The notes: generated from the sequence alone by a model not told the origin. A stretch of 64,000 nt of DNA from an uncultured Eubacteriales bacterium (GCA_964587625.1 CAZPLU010000010.1:2135-66134), one strand, 5' to 3'. Shown: positions 44,995 through 54,626, counted from the stretch's first letter. Numbers and translations: made by a program.

Positions 44995-45019
44995 TTGCAC
45001 ACAAAAGCGGCTGCTTTTG
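44973..45019 (+). terminator. Intrinsic terminator of the spoIIIA operon
   Basis: A perfect 15-bp stem AGCCGCTTTTGTGTG / CACACAAAAGCGGCT with a 10-nt loop, then GCTTTTG. It starts 16 nt after the spoIIIAH stop. Confidence 0.85.
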
Positions 45020-45137
45020 ATTTAAAAAGAATTCGGTGAATTTGAGGAATAAAATTTTTAACTTGAAAAATAATTTTCAAAAAGAAGGACGAAACGCCCG
45101 AGGGCGTGAAAACTTCCCTGATCGGAAAGATGAAATC

Positions 45138-45572
45138 ATGATGAATCGAAGAAAATCCCGAGAGGCCGGTTTTTTGATTGTGTTTGAACAGTCCTTTACG
45201 GGTCAGACCGTCGAAGCCGTTGTCGCTTTGGCTAAAGAATACCGTGAATTCGTGTTTGACGACTATTCGCTTTCTTTGGCGAAAGGCGTTGAACAAAATC
45301 GGGATCGGATCGATGTTTTTATCACCGAGCACCTGAAAGATTGGACTTTAAACCGCATCTCAAAGGTCTCTCTCGCGATTTTACGCTGTGCGGTTTATGA
45401 GTTTAAGATCGGCAACACCGTACCCGAGGAGATCAGCATCAACGAAGCGGTCGAATTGTCGAAAAAATATTCGATGCCCGAAGATACGGCGTTTGTCAAC
45501 GGGGTTTTGGGCTCGATTTCCCGCGCCGGGATAAAGGCGGGGGATTCGGGCGAAAACAGTCAAGATGAATAA
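45138..45572 (+). CDS. nusB: Transcription antitermination factor NusB
   Basis: Start trimmed to the ATG at 45138 (MMNRRKSREAGFLIVFEQSF). It has RISKVSLAILRCAVYE and NEAVELSKKY motifs. Confidence 0.9.
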   Translation: MMNRRKSREAGFLIVFEQSFTGQTVEAVVALAKEYREFVFDDYSLSLAKGVEQNRDRIDVFITEHLKDWTLNRISKVSLAILRCAVYEFKIGNTVPEEISINEAVELSKKYSMPEDTAFVNGVLGSISRAGIKAGDSGENSQDE

Positions 45573-46590
45573 AACCGACCGGGCGTTTGCCGATGGGTCT
45601 GTATTGGCAAACGCCGATAGATCTGTATTGGCAAACGCCGATAGGTCTGTATTCAATAGATCTGTCTTGGCGTTGGATACCAGCAATTATACCACTTCCG
45701 CGGCTGCGATCGGCGGCTTGCACCAAGGTCAAATCGGCTTGGTTCAAAGTCGTCTTTTGCTGCTTGTCAAAGAGGGCGAAAGGGGTCTGCGTCAAAACGA
45801 CGCGGTTTTTTTACACATTCGACAATTGCCCGAAGTGGTTGGAAAACTCGGGGAAATCCCGAACATCGGCGCGATCGGGTACAGCGCGGCGCCGAGGGAC
45901 CGCGACGGCTCGTATATGCCGTGTTTCAAAGCGGGCGAAGCCGTGGCGCGGTCGATGGCTGCGGTGCTGGGCGTACCGTGCCATGCTTTTTCACACCAGT
46001 CAGGACACATCGCGGCAGCCGTTTTCGGGTTGGACATGCTGTCGCTCCTGTCCGAAGAGTTTTATGCCTTCCATCTCTCGGGCGGCACGCTTGAGTGTAT
46101 TTTCGTGCGTCCGGACAAGGATACTATCATCGCCTGCGAATGGGTCGGCGGTACGGCGGATATCAGCGCGGGGCAGGCGATTGACCGCGTCGGCGTGATG
46201 CTGGGACTTCGGTTTCCCTGCGGTCCCCAACTCGAAGAGCTCGCCGTGAAAAGCAACCGTACTTTTCATCGAAAAGCGCCGGTCAGAGAGGGCAGGGTCT
46301 GCCTCTCCGGACTTGAAAATTTATGCAGAGAACTGTATAATAAAGAATGTCCGGAGGATGTCGCAAGATTTTGCCTGGACTATATCGGATCCAGCGTTCT
46401 CGATTTGTCTGCGCAATTGACAAAGGCGCGCCCGGACGCAAAAATCGTCTATTGCGGCGGCGTTGCGGCGAACACACTGATCCGGGATAAACTCACGAAT
46501 GAACGGACGCTGTTCGCCCCCATTCCGTTTTGTACCGACAATGCGGTCGGAACCGCTGTTTTAACCGCAATCAAGGAGGGTGTGTTGTGA
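45565..46590 (+). CDS. Kae1/TsaD-like (peptidase M22, ASKHA-fold) protein
   Basis: 341 aa. The conserved core starts at VLALDTSNYTTSAA (about residue 33) and HQSGHIAAA resembles the HxxGH metal site. The N-terminal 32 residues are encoded by the tandem repeat, so the true start is uncertain (a possible TTG at about 45667). The annotated start overlaps the nusB stop. Confidence 0.7.
   Translation: MNKTDRAFADGSVLANADRSVLANADRSVFNRSVLALDTSNYTTSAAAIGGLHQGQIGLVQSRLLLLVKEGERGLRQNDAVFLHIRQLPEVVGKLGEIPNIGAIGYSAAPRDRDGSYMPCFKAGEAVARSMAAVLGVPCHAFSHQSGHIAAAVFGLDMLSLLSEEFYAFHLSGGTLECIFVRPDKDTIIACEWVGGTADISAGQAIDRVGVMLGLRFPCGPQLEELAVKSNRTFHRKAPVREGRVCLSGLENLCRELYNKECPEDVARFCLDYIGSSVLDLSAQLTKARPDAKIVYCGGVAANTLIRDKLTNERTLFAPIPFCTDNAVGTAVLTAIKEGVL
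45589..45672 (+). repeat. 24-nt tandem repeat (about 3.5 units) at the 5' end of the TsaD-like gene
   Basis: The units are GCCGATGGGTCTGTATTGGCAAAC, GCCGATAGATCTGTATTGGCAAAC, GCCGATAGGTCTGTATTCAATAGA and a partial TCTGTCTTGGCG. In frame they encode ADGSVLAN / ADRSVLAN / ADRSVFNR. Confidence 0.9.
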
Positions 46591-47708
46591 GTATTGCTTT
46601 GACGGTGACACAACTGAATACCTATCTCAAAGCGGTGATGGACAGCGACGATTTGCTGCGGGGCATATTCGTGACCGGAGAAATTTCGAATTTCACCCGG
46701 CACTTTAAGACAGGTCACCTGTATTTTACGCTGAAAGACGGAAACAGCGCGATCAAATGCGTGATGTTCGCGCCGCAGACAAAACGCCTCAAATTCACTC
46801 CATCCGACGGGCTTGCGGCCGTCGTCAGCGGCAGGGTCTCGTTATTTGAGCGCGATTCGAATTGTCAGATCTATGTTGAAAACATCTCGCCGAACGGCGC
46901 GGGTGCGGCCAAAGAAGCGCTGCGCAAGCTCTATGAAAAACTGAACGGCGAGCGGCTGTTTGACGAAGCCCGCAAATTGCCGCTGCCGCATTATCCGAGC
47001 AAAGCGGCGGTGATCACCTCTGCTTCCGGCGCGGCTTATCCCGACATCGTCTCGGTCTGGAAGCGCCGCTGGCCGATCTGCGCGCTGGAATCGGTTTCGG
47101 CGGCGGTGCAGGGGGAACAGGCGGTCGCGCAAATTTGCGCCGCGCTCAAAAAATTGCAAAACACCGATACCGAGGTCATCATATTGGCCAGGGGCGGCGG
47201 TTCGGATGAGGATCTTTGGGTTTTTAACGATGAAGAGCTGGTCCGAGCGGTTGCGGCAAGCAAGATTCCGATTGTCAGCGCCGTCGGACACGATATCGAT
47301 TATACGCTCTGCGATCTCGCGGCATCCGTGAGAGCCGCAACCCCGACCGCGGCTGCAGAAATTGTATTTCCCGATTGGCGCGAGGTGAACCGTATCTTAG
47401 AGGCATTATCTTTCGAGGCAAAAAGAGCGGTGTCCGCGCTGGCGGACGATCGCGGGTTTCGCGCGGAACTCGATTTGACGGCGGCTTTGGACGCGTTTTT
47501 GCGGATCAAACAACAGCGGTGGATTCGCCAATGCGAACAGTTGGAAGCCTTGTCGCCGATATCCGTTTTACTGCGCGGGTATGCGATTGCGGTGTCGGAC
47601 GGAACGGCTGTTCAAAACGCCTGTGAGATGCGCAAAAAGAAAAATTTCGATTTGAAATTTCACGACGGGCAAGTCCCCTGTCAGGTGAGGACGGAAGAAC
47701 GCGTATAA
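46587..47708 (+). CDS. xseA: Exodeoxyribonuclease VII large subunit
   Basis: The start is the GTG at 46587 (GTGA overlap with the upstream stop), after AAGGAGGG. VSIALTVTQLNTYLKAVMDSD...FVTGEISNF is a typical XseA OB-fold N-terminus. Confidence 0.92.
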   Translation: MSIALTVTQLNTYLKAVMDSDDLLRGIFVTGEISNFTRHFKTGHLYFTLKDGNSAIKCVMFAPQTKRLKFTPSDGLAAVVSGRVSLFERDSNCQIYVENISPNGAGAAKEALRKLYEKLNGERLFDEARKLPLPHYPSKAAVITSASGAAYPDIVSVWKRRWPICALESVSAAVQGEQAVAQICAALKKLQNTDTEVIILARGGGSDEDLWVFNDEELVRAVAASKIPIVSAVGHDIDYTLCDLAASVRAATPTAAAEIVFPDWREVNRILEALSFEAKRAVSALADDRGFRAELDLTAALDAFLRIKQQRWIRQCEQLEALSPISVLLRGYAIAVSDGTAVQNACEMRKKKNFDLKFHDGQVPCQVRTEERV

Positions 47709-47743
47709 TGGATTTAAACCTCTGCGAAAGGATTGTCAACTGT

Positions 47744-47938
47744 ATGAGTGAAAAAAGATTCGTCTTTGAAGAGGCCTTAAAACGGCTGGAGGAGATCAAC
47801 CGACTGCTTTCGCAGGGCGACGTGATGCTCGACGAGGGCATATCGCTCTACGAAGAAGGCGCGAAATTGGCCGCGCAATGCAAGCAGGCGCTCCAATCGG
47901 CGAGAGATCGCATTCAAAGAGCGGAAACCGAAGTTTGA
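47744..47938 (+). CDS. xseB: Exodeoxyribonuclease VII small subunit
   Basis: MSEKRFVFEEALKRLEEINRLLSQGDVMLDEGISLYEEG matches the XseB pattern. An alternative upstream ATG at 47708 overlaps the xseA stop. Confidence 0.85.
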   Translation: MSEKRFVFEEALKRLEEINRLLSQGDVMLDEGISLYEEGAKLAAQCKQALQSARDRIQRAETEV

Positions 47939-47959
47939 ATGCCCAAAGGAACGTAAAAA

Positions 47960-48853
47960 ATGATTGAAACCGATTTTTTGAGAGAATTGAACACGAGAGC
48001 GGAAAACGCCGACCGCGCGGTGCGCACGTTTCTCCCCAAGCCGGAATCCTTTAACCGAACGGCCGCAGAAGCCATGTTATACAGCGTGCAAAACGGCGGA
48101 AAGCGGCTGCGTCCGTTGTTAATGATCGAATTCTTTCGCTTGTCGGGCAAAGACGAAACGCTGATTTTTCCGTTTGCGGCCGCGCTCGAATATATCCACT
48201 CCTACTCGCTCGTCCACGACGATCTGCCCTGCATGGACAACAGCGCCCTGCGGCGCGGAAAGCCCTCGACGCACAGGCAGTTCGGTGAATGGCAGGCGCT
48301 GCTTGCCGGTGACGGTTTGTTGAATTATGCGTTTGAAACGGTTTTGAACCATGCCGATTGCGCGCGGCTGTCCCCCGCAACGGTCTGCGCCTGCTTGAAA
48401 GAACTTGCAAACGCCTCGGGTTTGAGCGGCATGATCGGCGGTCAAAATTTTGACCTCGAGAGCGAGGGAAAGCGATTGGATTTTGAAGAATTGTCACTTT
48501 TGCAGGCCAAAAAAACCGGCGCATTGATCAGAGCCGCCGGCAGAATCGGCGTGATCGCCTCGGGCGGTGACGAAAACACGCTAAAAATCGCGGAGGAATA
48601 TTGCGGGAACCTGGGTCGGGTGTTTCAAATCACCGATGATATTCTCGATGCCTGCGGAGATGAAGCGTTGCTCGGAAAGCCGACAAACGGCGATGGCAGA
48701 CAAAAAAAATCGACGTTTGTGAGTGAACTCGGACTCGAAAAAGCAAAAGAAGTCGCTTTTGAACTGACCGAAAAAGCCGTCAAAGCCGCAAAGCTTCTTC
48801 AAAACGACTTTTTTGTCCGTCTTGCAACGCATCTGCTCACACGAAAAAATTGA
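47960..48853 (+). CDS. ispA: Polyprenyl (farnesyl/geranylgeranyl) diphosphate synthase
   Basis: 297 aa with the first Asp-rich motif LVHDDLPCMDN and the second motif FQITDDILD. Confidence 0.92.
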   Translation: MIETDFLRELNTRAENADRAVRTFLPKPESFNRTAAEAMLYSVQNGGKRLRPLLMIEFFRLSGKDETLIFPFAAALEYIHSYSLVHDDLPCMDNSALRRGKPSTHRQFGEWQALLAGDGLLNYAFETVLNHADCARLSPATVCACLKELANASGLSGMIGGQNFDLESEGKRLDFEELSLLQAKKTGALIRAAGRIGVIASGGDENTLKIAEEYCGNLGRVFQITDDILDACGDEALLGKPTNGDGRQKKSTFVSELGLEKAKEVAFELTEKAVKAAKLLQNDFFVRLATHLLTRKN

Positions 48854-48870
48854 ACTTGAACGGAGACCCA

Positions 48871-50700
48871 ATGCTTCCAAACGGATTATTGTCAAAAATC
48901 AATTCCCCCGCCGATCTCAAGCCGCTGAGCAATCAACAGCTTGAGCAATTGTGCGTTGAAATCCGCCGCGAAATTCTTGAGGTCGTCTCGAAAAACGGCG
49001 GTCACCTGGCGTCTAATCTCGGTGCGGTCGAGTTGACCTGCTGCCTTGAAAAAGTGTTTTGCAATCCGGAGGACCGCATCATATTCGATGTCGGTCACCA
49101 GTGTTATACCCACAAACTGCTCACCGGCAGAAAAGAGCGTTTCGGCTCGCTGCGAAAAGAAAACGGCATTTCCGGTTTTATGCGCCCGTCCGAGAGCGAG
49201 TACGACGCGGTCGTCACCGGTCACAGCAGCACGGCGCTCTCTTCGGCGCTCGGGCTCTCGACGGCGAAGCATCTGCGCGGCGAAAGCGGGCAGGTGGTCG
49301 CGGTGGTCGGCGACGGCGCGATGACCGGCGGCATTTTCTACGAAGCGCTCAACAATACGGCGCAGTCGGTGAATAAAGTCGTCATTGTCGTCAACGACAA
49401 CGAGATGTCGATTTCCAAAAATATCGGCGGCGTTTCAAAACATCTCGCGAAACTGACCTCCCGCCGGAGTTATTTTAAATTCAAGGATTTTATTGAAAGA
49501 TTTTTGAAAGGAATTCCGCTGATCGGAAAATGTCTGTTCGATTCGGCGGTGAAATTTCGCGACTTTTTAAAACGGATCTTTGCATACAGCACCATCTTCG
49601 CTGATTTGGGCATCAAATACATCGGGCCTGTGGACGGGCATGACATCAAGCAGCTTTTGACGGTTTTCGAACGCGCTAAAACATTGAATGCGTCTGTGGT
49701 GGTGCATTGTGTCACTGTAAAGGGAAAGGGCTTTATCGAGGCGGAGGACAATCCGATACGGTTTCACTCGACCGCGCCGTTCATCATCGAAAACGGTGCC
49801 GCGATCAAAGCGCCCGATCTCGATTTTTCCGCCGCTTTCGGCGAAGTCGTCTGTCAACTTGCCGAGACGGATAACCGCATCTGCGCGGTGACCGCTTCGA
49901 TGTGTGACGGGACCGGTCTTTCGGCTTTTTCCAAGCGGTTTCCCGACCGTTTTTACGACGTCGGCATCGCGGAGCAACACGGCGTGACGTTTTGCGCCGG
50001 GCTTGCCGCAGGCGGCATGATTCCGGTCTTCGCGGTCTATTCGACCTTTTTGCAACGCGGGTATGACCAACTGATTCACGACGTCGCCATCGCCGGTCTG
50101 CATGTCGTTTTTTGCGTGGACAGGGCAGGACTGGTCGGCTCGGACGGCGAGACGCACCAGGGATTGTTCGACGTCGCCTATTTTAACAGCATCCCGGGTT
50201 TCACGGTTTTTTCTCCGGCGGATTTCAATGAATTGCATCAATGCCTGAAACGCGCAACCGATATCTCCGGTTCCGTGGTCATCCGTTATCCGAGGGGCAT
50301 TCAAAAAATCAATAAAAACGAGAGCGAACTGTGTAAAGGCGAAATACTTGCCATTGGGTACGGCCGTATCGGCGTCAATGTGATCAACGCAAGCAAAGGG
50401 ACAGTACCCGCAGTCAAACTGATACGAATCAAACCCATCGAAGAAGAAGCAATCAACAAGGCCTTGCAGTATCAAAGAGTCCTGTTTTTTGAAGAAGCCG
50501 TCCACGCCGGTTCGGTCGGCGGAGAATTCTTATTTCAATTACAACAACGGGGCTTCCGGGGCAGCTTTCAGCATATCTGCATCCCGGACGAGTTCGTTTC
50601 CCACGCCAGCATCTCAAGCCAGTTGAAGCAATACGGCCTCGACGAGGAGAGCATTCGGCAGCGACTGCTTTCGGAGGCGGAAAAAGGTATGCCGCAATGA
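48871..50700 (+). CDS. dxs: 1-deoxy-D-xylulose-5-phosphate synthase
   Basis: The ATG at 48871 is 6 nt after GGAG (the track ORF starts at the TTG at 48850). GHLASNLGAVELT, GHSSTALSSALG and GIAEQHGVT are Dxs motifs. Confidence 0.95.
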   Translation: MLPNGLLSKINSPADLKPLSNQQLEQLCVEIRREILEVVSKNGGHLASNLGAVELTCCLEKVFCNPEDRIIFDVGHQCYTHKLLTGRKERFGSLRKENGISGFMRPSESEYDAVVTGHSSTALSSALGLSTAKHLRGESGQVVAVVGDGAMTGGIFYEALNNTAQSVNKVVIVVNDNEMSISKNIGGVSKHLAKLTSRRSYFKFKDFIERFLKGIPLIGKCLFDSAVKFRDFLKRIFAYSTIFADLGIKYIGPVDGHDIKQLLTVFERAKTLNASVVVHCVTVKGKGFIEAEDNPIRFHSTAPFIIENGAAIKAPDLDFSAAFGEVVCQLAETDNRICAVTASMCDGTGLSAFSKRFPDRFYDVGIAEQHGVTFCAGLAAGGMIPVFAVYSTFLQRGYDQLIHDVAIAGLHVVFCVDRAGLVGSDGETHQGLFDVAYFNSIPGFTVFSPADFNELHQCLKRATDISGSVVIRYPRGIQKINKNESELCKGEILAIGYGRIGVNVINASKGTVPAVKLIRIKPIEEEAINKALQYQRVLFFEEAVHAGSVGGEFLFQLQQRGFRGSFQHICIPDEFVSHASISSQLKQYGLDEESIRQRLLSEAEKGMPQ

Positions 50701-51539
50701 GAGCCGATGTTTTTTTGGTTCAAAAGGGGCTTGCCCCGAGCCGCCGGAAAGCGCAGGAACTGATTCAATCGGGCAAGGTCACCGCAGACGGTAAAACGGT
50801 CGCTAAGCCGTCCGAGGAACTCTCCGAAAACAGCGAGGTTTTATGCGAAAGCGGCTGTGAATTTGTCGGGCGCGGCGGTTATAAACTCCAAGCGGCGCTC
50901 GACGCGTTTCAAATCGACGTTTCGGGCCTCATCGCCGCGGACATCGGCGCGAGCACAGGCGGATTTTGCGACTGCATGTTGCAAAAAGGCGTCAAAAAGA
51001 TTTACGCCGTCGACGTCGGACACGACCAGCTTGCCCCCTCGATCAAATCCGATCCGCGGATCGTCTCAATGGAGGGCGTGAACGCAAAAGAACTCGATAA
51101 AAACTTATTTGAAGACCCAATCGATTTTTTAACCGCAGATCTCTCGTTTATTTCCGTGACAATTTTATTCGACAAATTTCGAGAAGTGTTGAAAGATGAC
51201 GCCGGGGCTGTTATACTGATAAAGCCACAGTTCGAAGCCGGAAAGAACAATATCAAAAAAAACGGAATCGTCAAAGACCCAAAAATACATGTCAACGTGA
51301 TTAAAACCGTAACGGAAAGCGCACAAAAGAGCGGATTCTCGATCTGGGGTCTCATGCCGTCGCCGATTACGGGCGGTGGCGGCAACCGCGAATTTTTATT
51401 GTATTTAAACTTAAAACGCTCCAGCTCACAATTGCCGGATTTGGAACAAGCGATCAAAAAAACCGTGGAAACCGCGCATATCGGAGCAAAAAACCCCGGC
51501 GCGAAAACGCGCCGAAGGGGAGAGGAGGATCACAAATGA
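50697..51539 (+). CDS. tlyA: TlyA-family rRNA 2'-O-methyltransferase (S4 plus FtsJ domains)
   Basis: 280 aa with an ATGA overlap with dxs. It has the S4 N-terminus RADVFLVQKGLAPSRRKAQELI and the SAM motif DIGASTGGF. Confidence 0.9.
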   Translation: MRADVFLVQKGLAPSRRKAQELIQSGKVTADGKTVAKPSEELSENSEVLCESGCEFVGRGGYKLQAALDAFQIDVSGLIAADIGASTGGFCDCMLQKGVKKIYAVDVGHDQLAPSIKSDPRIVSMEGVNAKELDKNLFEDPIDFLTADLSFISVTILFDKFREVLKDDAGAVILIKPQFEAGKNNIKKNGIVKDPKIHVNVIKTVTESAQKSGFSIWGLMPSPITGGGGNREFLLYLNLKRSSSQLPDLEQAIKKTVETAHIGAKNPGAKTRRRGEEDHK

Positions 51540-52375
51540 GAATCGCATTGTTGTCGACACAGGTCTGCACAACGAGTATAACGGCGGTCAACGAGGTGTG
51601 CGGGTACTTAAAATCCAAGGGCGTCGAAGTCGTGATGTACGAAAAATACCGCGGCTACGGCGACATCTGTTCTTATTCCGACGATTTTTACGGCATGATC
51701 GAACGCTGCGACGTCGTGGCGGCGGTCGGCGGAGATGGGGTCATGCTCCACGCGGCCAAACATGCCGCACAGCACGACAAACCGGTGCTGTGCGTCAACT
51801 GCGGTCGCTTGGGGTATCTGGCCTCGATGGAATCCGGCGAAATCGGCTTGCTCGAACGGGTCGTCGCCGGAGATTACGACATTTTAAAGCGCCGCATGCT
51901 CTTTGTTTCGCACGAGACCAAAAACGGCGTCAACGAATATTTTGCCCTGAACGACGCGGTACTCGGCAGCGGCAATATCGCGAAAACGATCGAAGTCGAG
52001 GTTTTTTGCGGAGACAAAACCGTGATGAAAGTCAAGGGCGACGGCGTGATCTTCTCAACGCCGACCGGTTCGACCGCTTACGCTTTTTCCGCCGGCGGTC
52101 CCGTGATTGACCCCCGCCTCGACTGCGTCTCGCTGACGCCGGTCTGTCCGCACTCCTTTTCGGGCAGAACGCTGGTGTTTTCCACTCCGGTCGAATTTAA
52201 CGCAAAAGCGCGGCGGGGCGATGTGTTTTTGACGGTGGACGGGGAAGAGGGCGTCAAATTTGAAAACGACGACGTTTTGAACGTTTCAGCTTCGGATAAA
52301 AGCGTTCGTTTTATCACGCTGAAAGAACAATATTTTTTTGATATATACAGAGAAAAAATCAATAGCGCCCTTTGA
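51536..52375 (+). CDS. nadK: NAD kinase
   Basis: 279 aa with an ATGA overlap with tlyA. It has GGDGVML and STPTGSTAYAFSAGGP motifs. Confidence 0.92.
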   Translation: MRIALLSTQVCTTSITAVNEVCGYLKSKGVEVVMYEKYRGYGDICSYSDDFYGMIERCDVVAAVGGDGVMLHAAKHAAQHDKPVLCVNCGRLGYLASMESGEIGLLERVVAGDYDILKRRMLFVSHETKNGVNEYFALNDAVLGSGNIAKTIEVEVFCGDKTVMKVKGDGVIFSTPTGSTAYAFSAGGPVIDPRLDCVSLTPVCPHSFSGRTLVFSTPVEFNAKARRGDVFLTVDGEEGVKFENDDVLNVSASDKSVRFITLKEQYFFDIYREKINSAL

Positions 52376-52403
52376 AAAAAACAAAACCGAAAGGAAAATC
52401 GAG

Positions 52404-52856
52404 ATGAAAAACAAGCGTCAGGAAAAGATTTTGGAGTTGATCTCCGGCAACGAAATCCAGACCCAAGATGATCTGTTGAAAATGCTCAACGACTCGGGCT
52501 ACAATGTCACCCAGGCCACGGTCTCGCGGGACATCAAAGAACTGAAACTTATCAAAGTCACCACGAGCTCGGGCAAATATCGCTACAGCGTCGGAAACCG
52601 CGGCAACTCCAACGAACCCGAGTCGCGCTTTATCTCGATGTGCGAACAAAACGCCGTTTCTTCCGATTTTGCGGGCAACATCTGCGTGATCCGGTGTCTC
52701 AGCGGAACCGCGAACGCCATCTGCGCGGCGATGGATGCGGCCAGAAGCGACATTGCCGGCACGATCGCGGGCGACGACACGATTTTTGTTTTATTTAAAA
52801 CCTCCATGCAGGCGGAGGATTTCAGCGCGCACATCCTCCGCATCATCAGCGATTGA
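52404..52856 (+). CDS. argR: Arginine repressor
   Basis: Start trimmed to the ATG at 52404 (MKNKRQEKILELI). It has the winged helix VTQATVSRDIKEL and the C-terminal GTIAGDDTIFV. Confidence 0.92.
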   Translation: MKNKRQEKILELISGNEIQTQDDLLKMLNDSGYNVTQATVSRDIKELKLIKVTTSSGKYRYSVGNRGNSNEPESRFISMCEQNAVSSDFAGNICVIRCLSGTANAICAAMDAARSDIAGTIAGDDTIFVLFKTSMQAEDFSAHILRIISD

Positions 52857-52877
52857 CATCTTGAGAAGGCGGTTATC

Positions 52878-54572
52878 ATGCTGACCAAGCTCTACATCGA
52901 AAATGTCGCCGTCATCAAATCGGCGGAAGTTGATTTTAACGCGGGCTTTACGGTGCTGACCGGTGAGACCGGCGCCGGAAAATCGGTTTTAATCGATTCT
53001 GTCAATGCGATTTTGGGACAGAGAACCTCGAAAGACCTCGTGCGCTACGGTGCGCAGAAGGCCTTTGTCAGCGCGACTTTTTCCGGACTTTCAACGGACG
53101 TCGTCAAATTGCTCATAGAAAACGGTTATGAATCCGAAGACGGCGAATTGATTTTATCGCGTGAAATTCAAATAAGCGGAAAGAGTGTCGCCCGAATCAA
53201 CGGCCGCCCCACCGCCGCACAGTTCTTGCAGGAACTCGGCAACCGTCTGATCAATATCCACGGTCAGCACGACAGCCAAAAACTGCTCGACGAAAACACC
53301 CATCTCGAAATCCTCGATTCTCTGGGAGAATACCCCGAGGCGCTTGCCGATTATCGGGCGGCTTACGCAGGATTAAAGCGGATCAAAACACAACTGGAAA
53401 AATTGTTGCAAAACATCAACGACCGTGAAGAACGGCTCGACGTTTTAACATATCAAATCAATGAACTGGAATCCGCCCGGCTCAAAGAGGGAGAGATCGA
53501 CGCCCTCGAAGCCGAACGGCAGTTGATTTTACATGCTGAAAAGGTCTTGGAGGCCGTTGAGAGCGCCCGGAATCTCATCGACGGAAATATCAACGCCGAC
53601 GGCGTGCGCGCATCTTTGACCGAGAGCGCCCGGATGCTGGAGACGGCGGCAAAATATTGCGAAAGCGCCGGTTTGGTCGCCAAACGCCTTGATGAAATTA
53701 CGATTATCCTGCAGGAGCTCTCATTCGACCTGTCGGATCTTTCTGACGGGCTCAACTTCAATCCCGATCGGCAGGCCGAGATTGAAGACCGTTTGAGCGT
53801 ACTGGACAAGCTGCGCCGCAAGTACGGCGACGACGAAAAAATCATGTTGAGCAAACTGGCACAGCTCAAAGCCGAATTTGACACATTATCCGACAGCGAT
53901 TACAAAACCCAGAAGCTCAAAGATGAGTTCGAGCGTGCAAAGCAGGTCGCCTTTACAATGGCTGATACACTTTCCGAACAGCGACATGCCGCAGCCGACC
54001 GTTTTTTGAGCGCGGTCGCACGGGAACTGGCTTTTTTACAAATGCCGAACGTCCGGTTGGAGGCGAATTTCGAAAGAGTTCAACTCGGCAATTCGGGATA
54101 TGACAGGGTGGTGTTTTTAATATCCGCAAATGTCGGCGAACCGCCCAAGTCCATCTCTAAAATTGCGTCGGGCGGCGAATTGTCACGCATCATGTTGGCC
54201 ATCAAAAGCGTACTTTCGACACACGACGACATTCCGACCTTGATTTTCGACGAAATTGACGCGGGCGTCAGCGGGAAAACCGCCGCCAGGATCGGCGTCA
54301 AAATTAAGCGGGTTTCCAAAAACCGGCAGGTGATCTGCGTCACGCACCTTGCGCAAATCGCCGCGTATGCAGACGGTCATCTCTTGATCGAAAAATCCGA
54401 AAATCAAGCCGACACGCGCACCACGGTTTCGGTTTTGGACGATCGGGGCAAGGTGGAGGAACTCGCCCGCATCCTCGGCGGCTCCGAGATCACCGAAACG
54501 ACGCGCAACAACGCGCGGGAGCTGTTGGAGCAAGCACGGCTCGCGCCGGTACGGGCGGAAAAAACCGATTGA
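52878..54572 (+). CDS. recN: DNA repair protein RecN
   Basis: 564 aa with Walker A LTGETGAGKS, a long coiled coil, the signature ASGGELSRIMLA and Walker B LIFDEIDAGVSG. Confidence 0.96.
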   Translation: MLTKLYIENVAVIKSAEVDFNAGFTVLTGETGAGKSVLIDSVNAILGQRTSKDLVRYGAQKAFVSATFSGLSTDVVKLLIENGYESEDGELILSREIQISGKSVARINGRPTAAQFLQELGNRLINIHGQHDSQKLLDENTHLEILDSLGEYPEALADYRAAYAGLKRIKTQLEKLLQNINDREERLDVLTYQINELESARLKEGEIDALEAERQLILHAEKVLEAVESARNLIDGNINADGVRASLTESARMLETAAKYCESAGLVAKRLDEITIILQELSFDLSDLSDGLNFNPDRQAEIEDRLSVLDKLRRKYGDDEKIMLSKLAQLKAEFDTLSDSDYKTQKLKDEFERAKQVAFTMADTLSEQRHAAADRFLSAVARELAFLQMPNVRLEANFERVQLGNSGYDRVVFLISANVGEPPKSISKIASGGELSRIMLAIKSVLSTHDDIPTLIFDEIDAGVSGKTAARIGVKIKRVSKNRQVICVTHLAQIAAYADGHLLIEKSENQADTRTTVSVLDDRGKVEELARILGGSEITETTRNNARELLEQARLAPVRAEKTD

Positions 54573-54597
54573 ATCTTACGCCGTTTTTTGTTATACT
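54569..54597 (+). promoter_or_regulatory. Sigma-A promoter for tyrS
   Basis: TTGAAT (54569-54574, overlapping the recN stop), a 17-nt spacer, then TATACT (54592-54597). This leaves a leader of only about 25 nt. Confidence 0.5.
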
Positions 54598-54626
54598 GTC
54601 TTTATACCTTGGTGAAGGAGTCCGTT

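Noticed and set aside
45589-45672. A possible CRISPR array, suggested by the regularly spaced 24-nt repeats.
   Set aside because: The units are directly adjacent with no spacers, there are only about 3.5 copies, they are in frame within an ORF, and there are no cas genes in the window.
49567-50505. A 312-aa minus-strand ORF antisense to dxs.
   Set aside because: The reasoning is the same: dxs motifs occupy the plus strand and the antisense product has no recognisable features.
54573-54626. A possible T-box leader upstream of tyrS.
   Set aside because: Only 54 nt separate recN from tyrS, and the predicted promoter leaves a leader of about 25 nt. That is far too short for a T-box (about 200 nt or more), and no T-box sequence is present.
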